Assembly (NCBI GenBank): GCA_021413905.1
Contig: JAIOPO010000005.1
Span: forward strand, 2,027-66,026
Direction: 5' to 3'
From: Candidatus Nomurabacteria bacterium
GTDB taxonomy: Bacteria; Patescibacteriota; Minisyncoccia; Phycocordibacterales; UBA9973
Length of the DNA stretch: 64,000 nucleotides
Shown: positions 11,024-21,609 of the stretch, one piece after another
Layout: every line of letters begins with the position of its first letter
Numbering within the stretch: the stretch's first letter is position 1
Position numbers and translations under genes: made by a program
The notes under the pieces: model-generated
Databases searched by the model: none
What the model saw: the letters and a program-made list of their open reading frames with translations, nothing else
Told to the model about the DNA's origin: nothing

Positions 11024-14000
11024 TTATTCTTCTTTATTTAATTCTAGATTTTTTCTAAAACCTGTTCCAACCGGAATCAAACGTCCGATGATTACATTTT
11101 CTTTCAAACCTCTGAGCAAATCAACTCCCCCTTTTATAGCATTTTCAATCAACACACGATTTGTGTTTTGGAATGAAGCAGCAGAAAGCCAACTCTTTGT
11201 TCGTAGAGAAACTTCAGTAATACCAAGTGGCATGATTTCAGCTTTTGCTTCTTTACCGTCAATACCTTTTATTCGAATATTTTCTTCAATAAGAGATGTA
11301 TTTTCAACAATATCACCAATAGAAAAATTAGTTTCACCTGCATCTTTTATTTTTCTTCTTGAGAACATTTGACGAATTATTATTTCAGTATGTTTTCTAG
11401 AAATAGAAGCACTCTGAAGTTCGTAAACTTTATTGATTTCTCTAATGATATATTCTTCGGCCATTTCTTTACTACCGTATTTGAATATTTCAGCAATATC
11501 AGCAGAACCGTCAGTCAAAAGCTCGCCTTTCTTTATTTTATCACCAGCTTTAACTAAAGGATTTCTTCTGTAAGCAACAGTATATTCAATTTCATTTGAT
11601 TTACCATCAGCTTTTGAATCAGACAAAACTTTAATAAGTTTTTCTTTTCCATCTTTGTCTTTAACTTCTACAACTTCACCATCTGTTTGAGAAACAACAG
11701 CAGGATTCTTTGGAATTCTTCTTTCAAAAATTTCTTCAACACGAGGCAAACCAGTAGTGATGTCCACACCCGCGACACCTCCGGCATGGAATGTACGAAG
11801 TGTAAGCTGTGTTCCAGGTTCACCGATAGCTTGAGCAGCAATAATACCTACAGCTTCACCGAGATTTACCAAATGATTTCTTCCCAAATCTAAACCGTAA
11901 CACATTTGACACAAACCGTGAGCTGTACGACAAGTCAAAGGAGAACGCACAAACACTTCTGTAAATCCAGCTTTTTCTATAACATTAGCTTCTTCTTTAG
12001 TAACAAGAAAACCTTTATGGTAAACTACATTTCCATTTTCATCTTTCAAATCTGCTCCCAAAACACGTCCACGAATATTTTTAGAAAGAGGAATTTCTAT
12101 ACCAGAAACATTTTCTTTTGTAACAATTTTTCCTTCTTTTGTACCACAATCTGCTTCTGTAATAACAACATCTTGAGCAACATCCACGAGTCTACGAGTC
12201 AAATATCCAGCTTTTGCAGTATTCAAAGCAGTATCAGATGCTCCTTTACGCGCTCCGTGTGTAGTAACGAAATACTCAATAGAAGAAAGACCTTCTTGGT
12301 AACAAGGAATAATCGGAAATTCCACTGTGCGACCTTGGTTGTTTTGAATCAAACCGATCATACCTGTCATCTGAGAAAGTGATGTCATATTACCTCTGGC
12401 ACCAGAAGTAAATAAATCATAAGTAGATCCATTTTTATCCAAAGTATCAGGTAATATTTTTTCTAATTCTTTTTTAGTATGTGTCCAGATTTCAATAATC
12501 TTTTGATATTTCTCTTCATCAGAAAGAAGACCGTCTTGCCATTGAGAAATTATAGTATCTTCTAATTTTTTACCATCAGCAATAATTTTTGGTTTTTGTT
12601 CTGGGACTTTTATATTATCCAATCCCCATGTTGTTCCGGAAATTGTTGAATGTTTAAAACCGAATTGTTTTATTTTATCAAGCAAAGGAGGAGTTTGATC
12701 TATACCGTATTGCATAATGAGTTCATCAACAAGAGCTGAAACTCTTTTTTGTGTTATCTCATCATTAATATAATCAAAGTCATTAGGCAAAATTCCATTA
12801 AACAACAATTTTCCTACAGTTGTATCAAAAAGTTGACCTTGGAATTTAGCATATTTATGAGTATCAGTACCCATAACTTTTATTTTTGCACGAAGTGAAA
12901 CAACACCGTATTCATATGCAGTGATAGCAGCATTTGGACTTGAGAAATATTTTCCTTCACCCTTTTCACCGTCAACATTCTTTGTCATCCAATAAGAACC
13001 GAGAACCATATCCATACGAGGGTTTGCAATAGGTTCACCATTTTGTGGTTTCAAAAGATTTTTGTTAGCAGCCATCAATTCTTTCGCTTCATATTGAGCT
13101 TCTTCAGAAAGAGGCACATATACAGCCATTTGGTCTCCGTCGAAGTCAGCGTTGAAAGCCTGACAAACAAGAGGATGTACTTGGATAGCATTACCTTCAA
13201 TAAGAATAGGGTTGAAAGCTTGTATACCTAAACGGTGCAAAGTAGGCGCACGGTTTAAGAGAACATATTTTCCGGCAATAACTTCTTCGAGCATTGCCCA
13301 TACTTCTGGTGTTCTTTCTTCGATCAATTTATTAGCTCCACGAATATTAAATGCGAGTTCAGCCTGCAATATTTTTGAAATAACAAAAGGTTTGAAAAGT
13401 TCCAATGCCATATGTTTTGGCAAACCACATTGATTTAATTTCAATTGAGGACCAACGACGATAACAGAACGTCCGGAATAGTCCACACGCTTACCGAGCA
13501 AGTTTTGACGGAAAAGACCTTGTTTTGATTTCAAGTTATCAGAAAGAGATTTCAACGCTCTTTTTTGAGATTGACTCATGGCTACAGTGTCATTTTGTTT
13601 TGCAATAGAGTTATCAATCAAAGCATCAACTGCTTCTTGGATAATTCTTTTTTCATTTCTTAGAATAACATCTGGAGCATTGATTTCTTTCAATTTTCTT
13701 AGACGATTATTTCTATTTATTACACGACGATATAAGTCATTCAAATCAGATGTTGCATGACGTCCACCATCGAGGGCCACCATCGGACGAAGCACAGGAG
13801 GTATAACAGGGATAACTGTAAGGAACATCCATTCTGGGCGAACTTTTGCATAAGTCATAGCACGGATAAGAGAAAGTCTTTTTTGGATTTTTTCTTTTTC
13901 TATTGTACTTGCTTTTTCAAGCATTCCTTCAGTGTGAGCTTTTAATTTATTCAAATCCAAATTTTTGAAAATAGAATAGATAGCTTCAGCACCGATATTT

Positions 14001-14632
14001 GCTTCAAAACATGTACCGTATTTCAAAGAATAATGATGGAAAGAAATTTCATTCAAAACTTTTCCTTCATATATTTCTCCAATTTCTTTTTTAGTTGTAG
14101 TAAGAAGATTTTTTAATTTCTCGCGAGTTTCTTCATCAGCTGAATTTTTTAATTTAGCTTTATATTCTCTTTCCAAATTTTGTACTATTGTTTCTTTTTC
14201 ATCTTCATGAACTTTTGTGATTATATAACCCGCAAAGTATATTACTTTTTCTAAATCAGAAACAGAAATATTCAAAAGAATACTCATACGAGATGGTACT
14301 CCACGCAAAAACCAAATATGCGCGACAGGAGTAGCGAGTTCTATATGGCCCATTCTTTCACGGCGAACAATAGAACGAGTAACTTCAACTCCACATTTCT
14401 CACAAATAATATCTTTATATCTTATTCTGCGATATTTTCCACAATAACATTCATAATCTTTTTCTGGACCGAAAATCTTTTCGTCAAAAAGACCTCCGCG
14501 TTCACTACGACCTGTACGATAATTTATAGTCTCTGGTTTTGTAACTTCTCCATAAGACCATTCTTTTATTTGCTCAGGTGATGCGAGTTTGAGCGTAATA
14601 CTATCAAATTCAGTTGTGTTTAAAGTTTTCAT
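11024..14632 (-). CDS. rpoC: RNA polymerase beta' subunit
   Basis: NADFDGDQM catalytic motif, zinc finger, GEPGTQLTLRTFH. Confidence 0.99.
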   Translation of the reverse strand: MKTLNTTEFDSITLKLASPEQIKEWSYGEVTKPETINYRTGRSERGGLFDEKIFGPEKDYECYCGKYRRIRYKDIICEKCGVEVTRSIVRRERMGHIELATPVAHIWFLRGVPSRMSILLNISVSDLEKVIYFAGYIITKVHEDEKETIVQNLEREYKAKLKNSADEETREKLKNLLTTTKKEIGEIYEGKVLNEISFHHYSLKYGTCFEANIGAEAIYSIFKNLDLNKLKAHTEGMLEKASTIEKEKIQKRLSLIRAMTYAKVRPEWMFLTVIPVIPPVLRPMVALDGGRHATSDLNDLYRRVINRNNRLRKLKEINAPDVILRNEKRIIQEAVDALIDNSIAKQNDTVAMSQSQKRALKSLSDNLKSKQGLFRQNLLGKRVDYSGRSVIVVGPQLKLNQCGLPKHMALELFKPFVISKILQAELAFNIRGANKLIEERTPEVWAMLEEVIAGKYVLLNRAPTLHRLGIQAFNPILIEGNAIQVHPLVCQAFNADFDGDQMAVYVPLSEEAQYEAKELMAANKNLLKPQNGEPIANPRMDMVLGSYWMTKNVDGEKGEGKYFSSPNAAITAYEYGVVSLRAKIKVMGTDTHKYAKFQGQLFDTTVGKLLFNGILPNDFDYINDEITQKRVSALVDELIMQYGIDQTPPLLDKIKQFGFKHSTISGTTWGLDNIKVPEQKPKIIADGKKLEDTIISQWQDGLLSDEEKYQKIIEIWTHTKKELEKILPDTLDKNGSTYDLFTSGARGNMTSLSQMTGMIGLIQNNQGRTVEFPIIPCYQEGLSSIEYFVTTHGARKGASDTALNTAKAGYLTRRLVDVAQDVVITEADCGTKEGKIVTKENVSGIEIPLSKNIRGRVLGADLKDENGNVVYHKGFLVTKEEANVIEKAGFTEVFVRSPLTCRTAHGLCQMCYGLDLGRNHLVNLGEAVGIIAAQAIGEPGTQLTLRTFHAGGVAGVDITTGLPRVEEIFERRIPKNPAVVSQTDGEVVEVKDKDGKEKLIKVLSDSKADGKSNEIEYTVAYRRNPLVKAGDKIKKGELLTDGSADIAEIFKYGSKEMAEEYIIREINKVYELQSASISRKHTEIIIRQMFSRRKIKDAGETNFSIGDIVENTSLIEENIRIKGIDGKEAKAEIMPLGITEVSLRTKSWLSAASFQNTNRVLIENAIKGGVDLLRGLKENVIIGRLIPVGTGFRKNLELNKEE

Positions 14633-14650
14633 AATATATTTTTTATTTTA

Positions 14651-17600
14651 TTAATTATTATTTTCTTTAATAGAAGACTTGCTCAAATCCACATCCATAG
14701 CAAGACCACGCAAATAATTCAACATAACATTGAAAGATGCTGGAGAATTCGGATGTTTAATCGGCTCATTTTTTATAATAGAATCAAAAGTCTGTGAACG
14801 ACCAAGTATATCATCGGACTTTATTGTTAACATTTCACGCAAAGCATATGCAGCACCGTAACCTTCGAGCGCCCACACTTCCATTTCTCCAAATCTTTGT
14901 CCTCCACCTTGAGCTTTACCTCCGAGTGGTTGTTGAGTGATAAGAGAGTAGGGACCAATAGAACGCATATGTATTTTGTCTTCCACCATGTGGTGCAATT
15001 TCAACATATACATATATCCGACAGCGACATTTTGTTCAAAAGCTTCACCTGTGCGTCCGTCAAAAAGTTGAACACGGCCATTTTCTGGAATTCCAGCTTT
15101 CTTTAATTCTTCTTGAATTTCTTCTGTTTTTGCTCCTAAGAAAGGAGGCACGATAGCTTGATAACCTAAAGTATTAGCTGCCATACCTAAATGCATTTCT
15201 AAAATTTGTCCCAAGTTCATACGAGAAGGAATACCAAGTGGAGACAAAATAATATCCACAGGAGTACCATCTGCCATATATGGCATATCTTCTTCGGGTA
15301 AGATTGTAGAAATAACTCCTTTGTTTCCATGACGTCCTGAAAGTTTATCACCAACAGAAATATTTCTAACTTGAGCGACTTCAATAACGATTTTCTTGAT
15401 GATTCCAGCTTCAAGAGTATGACCCAAATCTCTAGAGAATATTTTTACACCAATAACACGTCCACGCTTACCGTGTTCCATGCGAAGTGATGCATCTTTT
15501 ACATCGCGAGCTTTTTCAGCAAAAATAGAACGCAACAATCTTTCTTCAGGAGTGAGTTCTGTCTCGCCTTTTGGTGTAATCTTACCAACCAAAATATCAT
15601 TTTCACGAATTTCAGCACCTATGCGAACAACACCATCCTCATCCAAATCTTTAAGTTTTAACTCTCCGACATTTGGAATATCACGAGTAGTTATTTCAGG
15701 TCCAAGTTTTGTATCACGAACAACACAAATAAATTCTTCAACATAGATAGAAGTAAATTTACTTTTCTTTACCAATCTTTCAGAAACAATAATCGCATCT
15801 TCGTAGTTTGATCCAGACCATGACAAGAATGCCACGAAAATATTTTGACCAACAGAAATTTGTCCATTTACTGTAGATGTAGTATCAGCCAAAACATCTC
15901 CTTTTTTAACTTTATCTCCGACATTCACAGCGGGACGTTGATGAAAAGATGAGAAATTGTTATTTCTCAAAAAATTCACAAGTGTATAAGTTTTTTCTTT
16001 TTTACCTGTGACTACTATTTTCTTTGCATCAAGATAAGAAACAACACCATCTTCTTCTGCTAATACCAATCTTCCAGAATCACGAGAAGCTAATTCTTCT
16101 ATACCTGTAGCAACCAATGGAGCTTCTGGTAAAACACAAGGCACTGCTTGTTTCTGCATGTTTGATCCCATCAATGCTCTATTTGCATTATTATGTTCAA
16201 AGAAAGGAATCATGGATGTTGCAATAGAAAAAGCTTGGTTTGTGGCAACATCAATAAAATCAACTTCATCACGAGGAATAAGACCCGGTTGAGTTTTGAC
16301 ACGAGATGCTACTTTTTCATCTGTAATTTTTCCATCTTCAGAATATGGAGTTCCGGCATGCGCAATGTTATATTTTTCTTCTTCAAGAGCATTCAAGTAA
16401 ACAATATCTCCTGTTATTTTTCCATTTTTAACTTTTAAATAAGGTGTTTCAATAATACCGAAATCATTGATTCTTGCATAAGTAGCCAAGTGTAAAATCA
16501 ATCCAATGTTTGGACCTTCTGGTGTGTGAATAGGACAGACTCTACCATAGTGAGAAGGATGCACGTCACGCACCTCAAGACCTGCACGCTCACGAGTAAG
16601 ACCTCCTGGCCCTAAAGCAGAAAGCAAACGTAAATGTTCAAGTTCCGCCAACACATTTTCTTGACTCATAAATTGAGACAATTGGTTTGTTGTAAAAAAT
16701 TCTTTTATACGAGCTTGAAGTGGACGTTGATTTATGATTTGTACAGGCATAGCTGTATCTACATCAATAGTAGACATTCTGTCTTGCACATTTCTTTTTA
16801 TTTGCATTATACCTGTGCGAATTTTTTGTTGTAACATTTCACCAACAAAACGCACACGTCTTTGACCCAAGTGATCTATGTCATCTGCTTTTGAACCTGG
16901 AGTAGTATTCAAATCAATAATATTTCCAACAATAGTGAAAATATCTTCTTTTGAAATAGTTCTGCGAGCCATTTCATCTTCGTCCATTGATTTACCAAAA
17001 CGATTGTTAAATCGAAAACGTCCAACAGGAGAAAGGTCGTATCTTTCTGAAGTAAAGAGAGAATTTATGAATTCTTTAGCATTGTCCGGAGTAGCCATAT
17101 CTCCGTCTCTTAAACGCTTGTAGATTTCAATATATGTTTCAGCTAATGTCTTAGCTGGATCTTTCGCAATGGAAATTTTCATACTTTCTTCCCAAGCTGG
17201 ATTTCCAGAAAAAGCTTTCAAAATTTCTTCATTTGAAGAATAACCCATCACACGCAAGAGAGCTGTTACTGGGAATTTTCTCTTTTTGTCTATTCTGACA
17301 TACATCGCTCCGTCTGATTCTGATTCTATTTCAATCCATACACCACGAGCTGGAATTATTTTTGCTCCGAAATATCTTTTTCCTTTACTTTCAGATTCTG
17401 TAAAGAAAACTCCGAAAGAACGCGCAAGTTGTGGAACTATGACACGTTCGACTCCATTTATTATAAAAGTTCCATGAGCAGTCATCAAAGGAATTTCAGA
17501 CATGAATATTTCTTGTTCTTTTACAGTACCAAGAATTTTATTTGTCAGTTTTACACGTGCCTTTATTTGACCTTCATAAGAAAGCTTGTTTACCTTTGCA

Positions 17601-17830
17601 TGATTCTCATCACACTTTGGTTCACCTAGAGAAAATGAAGTAAAATCCAATTGAAATTTTTTCCCGGAATAATCCGTAATTGGAGAAAATTCTTTAAACA
17701 CTTCTTTAATACCTTCTTCCACCAACCATTTGAAAGATTTGACCTGTGACTCGATCAAATTTGGAAATTCGATGAGAGGTTTTTTGTATCTTGAAAAATA
17801 CTTCTTGGGACGGATGTTGTCTTTTTGCAT
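14651..17830 (-). CDS. rpoB: RNA polymerase beta subunit
   Basis: GDKLSGRHGNKG, GGQRFGEMEVWALE, RDVHPSHYGR. Confidence 0.99.
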   Translation of the reverse strand: MQKDNIRPKKYFSRYKKPLIEFPNLIESQVKSFKWLVEEGIKEVFKEFSPITDYSGKKFQLDFTSFSLGEPKCDENHAKVNKLSYEGQIKARVKLTNKILGTVKEQEIFMSEIPLMTAHGTFIINGVERVIVPQLARSFGVFFTESESKGKRYFGAKIIPARGVWIEIESESDGAMYVRIDKKRKFPVTALLRVMGYSSNEEILKAFSGNPAWEESMKISIAKDPAKTLAETYIEIYKRLRDGDMATPDNAKEFINSLFTSERYDLSPVGRFRFNNRFGKSMDEDEMARRTISKEDIFTIVGNIIDLNTTPGSKADDIDHLGQRRVRFVGEMLQQKIRTGIMQIKRNVQDRMSTIDVDTAMPVQIINQRPLQARIKEFFTTNQLSQFMSQENVLAELEHLRLLSALGPGGLTRERAGLEVRDVHPSHYGRVCPIHTPEGPNIGLILHLATYARINDFGIIETPYLKVKNGKITGDIVYLNALEEEKYNIAHAGTPYSEDGKITDEKVASRVKTQPGLIPRDEVDFIDVATNQAFSIATSMIPFFEHNNANRALMGSNMQKQAVPCVLPEAPLVATGIEELASRDSGRLVLAEEDGVVSYLDAKKIVVTGKKEKTYTLVNFLRNNNFSSFHQRPAVNVGDKVKKGDVLADTTSTVNGQISVGQNIFVAFLSWSGSNYEDAIIVSERLVKKSKFTSIYVEEFICVVRDTKLGPEITTRDIPNVGELKLKDLDEDGVVRIGAEIRENDILVGKITPKGETELTPEERLLRSIFAEKARDVKDASLRMEHGKRGRVIGVKIFSRDLGHTLEAGIIKKIVIEVAQVRNISVGDKLSGRHGNKGVISTILPEEDMPYMADGTPVDIILSPLGIPSRMNLGQILEMHLGMAANTLGYQAIVPPFLGAKTEEIQEELKKAGIPENGRVQLFDGRTGEAFEQNVAVGYMYMLKLHHMVEDKIHMRSIGPYSLITQQPLGGKAQGGGQRFGEMEVWALEGYGAAYALREMLTIKSDDILGRSQTFDSIIKNEPIKHPNSPASFNVMLNYLRGLAMDVDLSKSSIKENNN

Positions 17831-17990
17831 AATTTATAAAAATTACGTCCAAAATAAAAAGAAAAATGAAAAAGCAAAATGCCTTTATCATTAAAAGCTA
17901 TTTAATTCGGACGATGGCTAATAATACTATTAAACTAATAATTAAAATCCAAAAGAGTACATCCGAAACTCAATCTATTACTCAAACAAA

Positions 17991-18019
17991 AGTATACTCC
18001 AACGCCCACAAAAAGTCAA
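17991..18019 (-). promoter_or_regulatory. Sigma70 promoter of rpoB
   Basis: TTGACT-17 nt-TATACT on the minus strand, about 160 nt upstream of the rpoB ATG. Confidence 0.7.
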
Positions 18020-18034
18020 ATATTGTTTAAGTAT

Positions 18035-18754
18035 TTATTTTGTATTCTTTTTCCACTCATCTATCAGCTTGTGATTGCCGGAAAGTAAAACTTTTGGCAC
18101 CTTATATTTTTTTATTTTTCCATTTATTTTCTTATCATGAGCGAAGCCGAAGGAATGTTCTAAAACTTCCGGTCTTGTGTAAACTTCACTTGAAGAAACA
18201 CGTTCTTCTTCAAGTGATTCAAATTTACCTAAAACACCTGGAATTTGCCGAGACACAGAATCCAATAAAACCATCGCCGGCAATTCCCCTCCAGTCAAAA
18301 CGTAATCTCCTATTGAGAATCTTTCAAATTTCAAGGATTTATCCTGAGCCTGCCGAAGGATCTTGTCCACTCTCGCATCTATACCTTCGTATCGTCCACA
18401 AATCAAAATAATATCCGTATATTTTTTTGAAATATTTTTTGCAATACTTGTTGTAAATTTTTCTGCACTAGGAATAAAATTAATAATCAAAATTTTACTT
18501 TTTTTATTTTTTATTTTTGAAATAGATTTTTCTACTGCTTTAAGAATAGGTTCTGCGCGCATCACCATACCCGGACCTCCACCGTAAGGTTTATCGTCTA
18601 TAGGTTTATAATTATTTTTAGGGGCTTTAACAAAACCTCGAGGATTGTAAAACTTCACAGAAATATGTTTGCTTTCTATTGCCCGCCCAAGAATAGACTC
18701 TTTTAAATAAGAATCAAAAGCCTCTGGAAAAATTGTAATTATATGAAAATTCAT
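18035..18754 (-). CDS. trmD: tRNA (guanine37-N1)-methyltransferase
   Basis: DDKPYGGGPGMVM, ICGRYEGIDAR, SIGDYVLTGGELPA, YTRP. Confidence 0.97.
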   Translation of the reverse strand: MNFHIITIFPEAFDSYLKESILGRAIESKHISVKFYNPRGFVKAPKNNYKPIDDKPYGGGPGMVMRAEPILKAVEKSISKIKNKKSKILIINFIPSAEKFTTSIAKNISKKYTDIILICGRYEGIDARVDKILRQAQDKSLKFERFSIGDYVLTGGELPAMVLLDSVSRQIPGVLGKFESLEEERVSSSEVYTRPEVLEHSFGFAHDKKINGKIKKYKVPKVLLSGNHKLIDEWKKNTK

Positions 18755-18758
18755 AAAA

Positions 18759-18794
18759 AGAAAAAACGTGATATATTTATATCACGTTTTTTCT
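18759..18794 (-). terminator. Hairpin/terminator between khpA and trmD
   Basis: AGAAAAAACGTGATATA-tt-TATATCACGTTTTTTCT, perfect 17-bp inverted repeat. Confidence 0.7.
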
Positions 18795-18804
18795 AAAATT
18801 TCAA

Positions 18805-19128
18805 TTAAATTCCCTTTAAATCTTCCATTGCTTGATCAACAGTTTTTGTTGACATTCCAGAAGTCATAGGTCTTGTACTACCCTCTGGCTCGTTAATTTT
18901 TAGATTAACGCGCGCATTATTCTTCATACCAATAACTCGGAGAAGAGTGCGGATAGCTTTAGCTGTGTTACCCATTCTTCCGATAATCTTGCCCATATCG
19001 GCAGGATTCACAGTAAGACTGATAAGCACACCCATTTCGTCAACAGTACGATCGAGTTTTACATCGTTCGGATTATCAACGAGAGCTTTTACTACGTATT
19101 CTAGAAACATCTTGTCAGCGTCTTGCAT
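18805..19128 (-). CDS. khpA: KH-domain RNA-binding protein KhpA
   Basis: VKALVDNP, DMGKIIGRMGNTAKAIRTLL; lies between rpsP and trmD. Confidence 0.9.
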   Translation of the reverse strand: MQDADKMFLEYVVKALVDNPNDVKLDRTVDEMGVLISLTVNPADMGKIIGRMGNTAKAIRTLLRVIGMKNNARVNLKINEPEGSTRPMTSGMSTKTVDQAMEDLKGI

Positions 19129-19232
19129 AATATTCAGTACGTATATATTTTTAATATCACAGTTCTTCGACTAAAATAACTGCTTACAACTAATTATACA
19201 AATTAGAGATTTTTTTTGCAAACTAAAAAAAA

Positions 19233-19541
19233 TTATTTTTTAGTTTTAGCTTCTTTTCTTGAAACAGTAGGTTTCTTTTTTGGCAAAACATTTTTCTTTT
19301 TACCTTCGATGATTTTATTATGAACTAAAAAGTTGTGTAATGTATCTGTCAATTGAGCTCCTGTTGAAAGCAATTGAGTTATTCTTTCAGCATTAAAACT
19401 AGTAGTACCAGCTTTAGGATTATAAGTACCGACGATTTCTAAAAACTTACCACTCTTTGTGGAGTTCTTTGAATCAGTTAAAACAACACGAAAAGCCGGG
19501 TCGTTCTTTCTGCCTATTCTTTGTAATCTTATTTTTAACAT
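19233..19541 (-). CDS. rpsP: 30S ribosomal protein S16
   Basis: MLKIRLQRIGRKNDPAFRVV, GTYNP. Confidence 0.96.
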   Translation of the reverse strand: MLKIRLQRIGRKNDPAFRVVLTDSKNSTKSGKFLEIVGTYNPKAGTTSFNAERITQLLSTGAQLTDTLHNFLVHNKIIEGKKKNVLPKKKPTVSRKEAKTKK

Positions 19542-19596
19542 TCATATAGTGTAGCATAATATATAAAAAACGCAAATAGTATGCTATATTAAAGGA

Positions 19597-21609
19597 ATGA
19601 AGACAGAAAACAAGCATTTGGAAGGAATTATATCAATAACATCAAAGGGCACAGGTTATGTGGCTATAAATGATGGTAAAAATCCTAGTCCAAAGAAAAA
19701 TGGTGAAGATCCGGAAATAGATTATAAACATCTTAATACTGCCCTGCACGGAGATACCGTGCAAATAATTCTCCACCCAAAAGGAAAAACAAGACAAACA
19801 GCCGAAGTTTCAAAAATAATCTCACGAGCCAAAAAAGGTTTTTCTGGCATTTTGGAAATGTCCGAGAATATGTATTTTTTAAAACCTGACGATGCAAAAA
19901 TGTATACAGATATTTTGATATCGGACAAAAATTTAAATGGAGCAAAAAATGGTGATAAGGTTTATGGAGAAATAATTTCATGGAAAGATTCTCGCAAAGC
20001 ACCCGAAGGAAATATAATAAAAGTTTTTGGACGCCCTGGAGACAATGATGTAGAAATGCATGCAATAGCACTGGAAAAAGGGTTCTCTGCCGAATTACCC
20101 GACAAGGTGGAACAAGAAGCAGATAATATAAAAAATTCTGGAATAAATGAAAAAGATTATGCAGACAGACGAGATTTTAGAAAAATTCTAACTTTCACTA
20201 TTGATCCTTCAGATGCAAAAGATTTTGATGATGCGATTTCGTTTCGTATTCTTCCCCCTCTCCTTAATAAGGAGAGGGGGCTAGGGGGTGAGGTGTATGA
20301 AATAGGTATACATATCGCTGATGTATCACACTATGTAAAAATCGGTTCTGCTCTAGATGAAGAAGCTAGAGAAAGAGGTACTTCGGTTTATTTAGTAGAT
20401 CGTACAATACCGATGTTGCCAGAAAATCTTTCAAATGATTTGTGTTCCCTTGTGCCAAATAAAGATCGTCTCACAATGAGTGCAGTATTCACAATTGATA
20501 AAAATGCAAAAGTCATAAATGAATGGTATGGGCGCACTGTGATACATTCTCAAAAAAGATTTACTTATGAAGAAGCAGAAATTTCTATAAATAAAGCAGA
20601 CGCGCCACTACACAAAGAACTTTTAATTTTGAATAATTTAGCAAAACAATTAACCAAAGAAAGATTTGCAAATGGCGCGATATCACTCGACCAAGAAGAA
20701 GTAAAATTCGTCTTGGATGAAAAAGGTGTGCCGATAAAAGTCATAAAAAAAGAACGCGGAGATTCAAACAGACTTATCGAAGAATTTATGCTTTTAGCAA
20801 ATAGAAAAGTAGCAGAAATAATGTCTCAACATGTAAATAAAAAAGGTGAAAAAATAAAAAACAATGAAAATGTATTTGTCTACAGAATTCACGACAAACC
20901 GACACCAGAAAAAACAGAAGACTTGGCATTTTTCTTGCGTAGTTTAGGATATAAAATTTCTCTAAAAGGCGGAGTGATTCCCTCTTATGAAATAAATAAA
21001 ATAATAAAAAGTTTGGAAAATAAAGCCGGCAAAGATGCAGTCCACAGAGCCATAATCCGCTCTATGGCAAAAGCAGTTTATTCAACTCAAAACATAGGAC
21101 ACTATGGTCTAGCATTTAAATATTACACTCATTTCACTTCCCCTATCAGACGTTATCCGGATATATTGGTACATCGCATGTTAATGGACTTTTTAAATAA
21201 TAAAAAAATTGGAAAAGATAAATTAAAAGAATTTGAAAATATTTCTCGCAAATCTTCTGAACAAGAAAAACGCGCTTCTGATGCAGAACGCGCTTCTATC
21301 AAATACAAACAAGTAGAATATATGTCTTCAAGAATCGGACAAACTTTTGAAGGTATTATCAGCGGTATTACCGAATGGGGCATGTATGTCGAAGAAATCG
21401 AAACAAAATGCGAAGGTATGATACGCGTCCGAGATCTGACAGATGATTTTTATATTTATAATGAAAAAAAATTAGAACTCTTGGGGCAAAAAAAGAAGAA
21501 AAGTTACAAGCTCGGTGATAAAGTAAAAATAAAAGTAAAAAATGTTGATTTAGAGAAAAAAACAATTGACTATATATTAAATGAACCTAAAACTTCATCC
21601 AAAAATTAA
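19597..21609 (+). CDS. rnr: Ribonuclease R (RNB family)
   Basis: FTIDPSDAKDFDDA, HIADVSHY, YTHFTSPIRRYPD, C-terminal S1 domain. Confidence 0.95.
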   Translation: MKTENKHLEGIISITSKGTGYVAINDGKNPSPKKNGEDPEIDYKHLNTALHGDTVQIILHPKGKTRQTAEVSKIISRAKKGFSGILEMSENMYFLKPDDAKMYTDILISDKNLNGAKNGDKVYGEIISWKDSRKAPEGNIIKVFGRPGDNDVEMHAIALEKGFSAELPDKVEQEADNIKNSGINEKDYADRRDFRKILTFTIDPSDAKDFDDAISFRILPPLLNKERGLGGEVYEIGIHIADVSHYVKIGSALDEEARERGTSVYLVDRTIPMLPENLSNDLCSLVPNKDRLTMSAVFTIDKNAKVINEWYGRTVIHSQKRFTYEEAEISINKADAPLHKELLILNNLAKQLTKERFANGAISLDQEEVKFVLDEKGVPIKVIKKERGDSNRLIEEFMLLANRKVAEIMSQHVNKKGEKIKNNENVFVYRIHDKPTPEKTEDLAFFLRSLGYKISLKGGVIPSYEINKIIKSLENKAGKDAVHRAIIRSMAKAVYSTQNIGHYGLAFKYYTHFTSPIRRYPDILVHRMLMDFLNNKKIGKDKLKEFENISRKSSEQEKRASDAERASIKYKQVEYMSSRIGQTFEGIISGITEWGMYVEEIETKCEGMIRVRDLTDDFYIYNEKKLELLGQKKKKSYKLGDKVKIKVKNVDLEKKTIDYILNEPKTSSKN

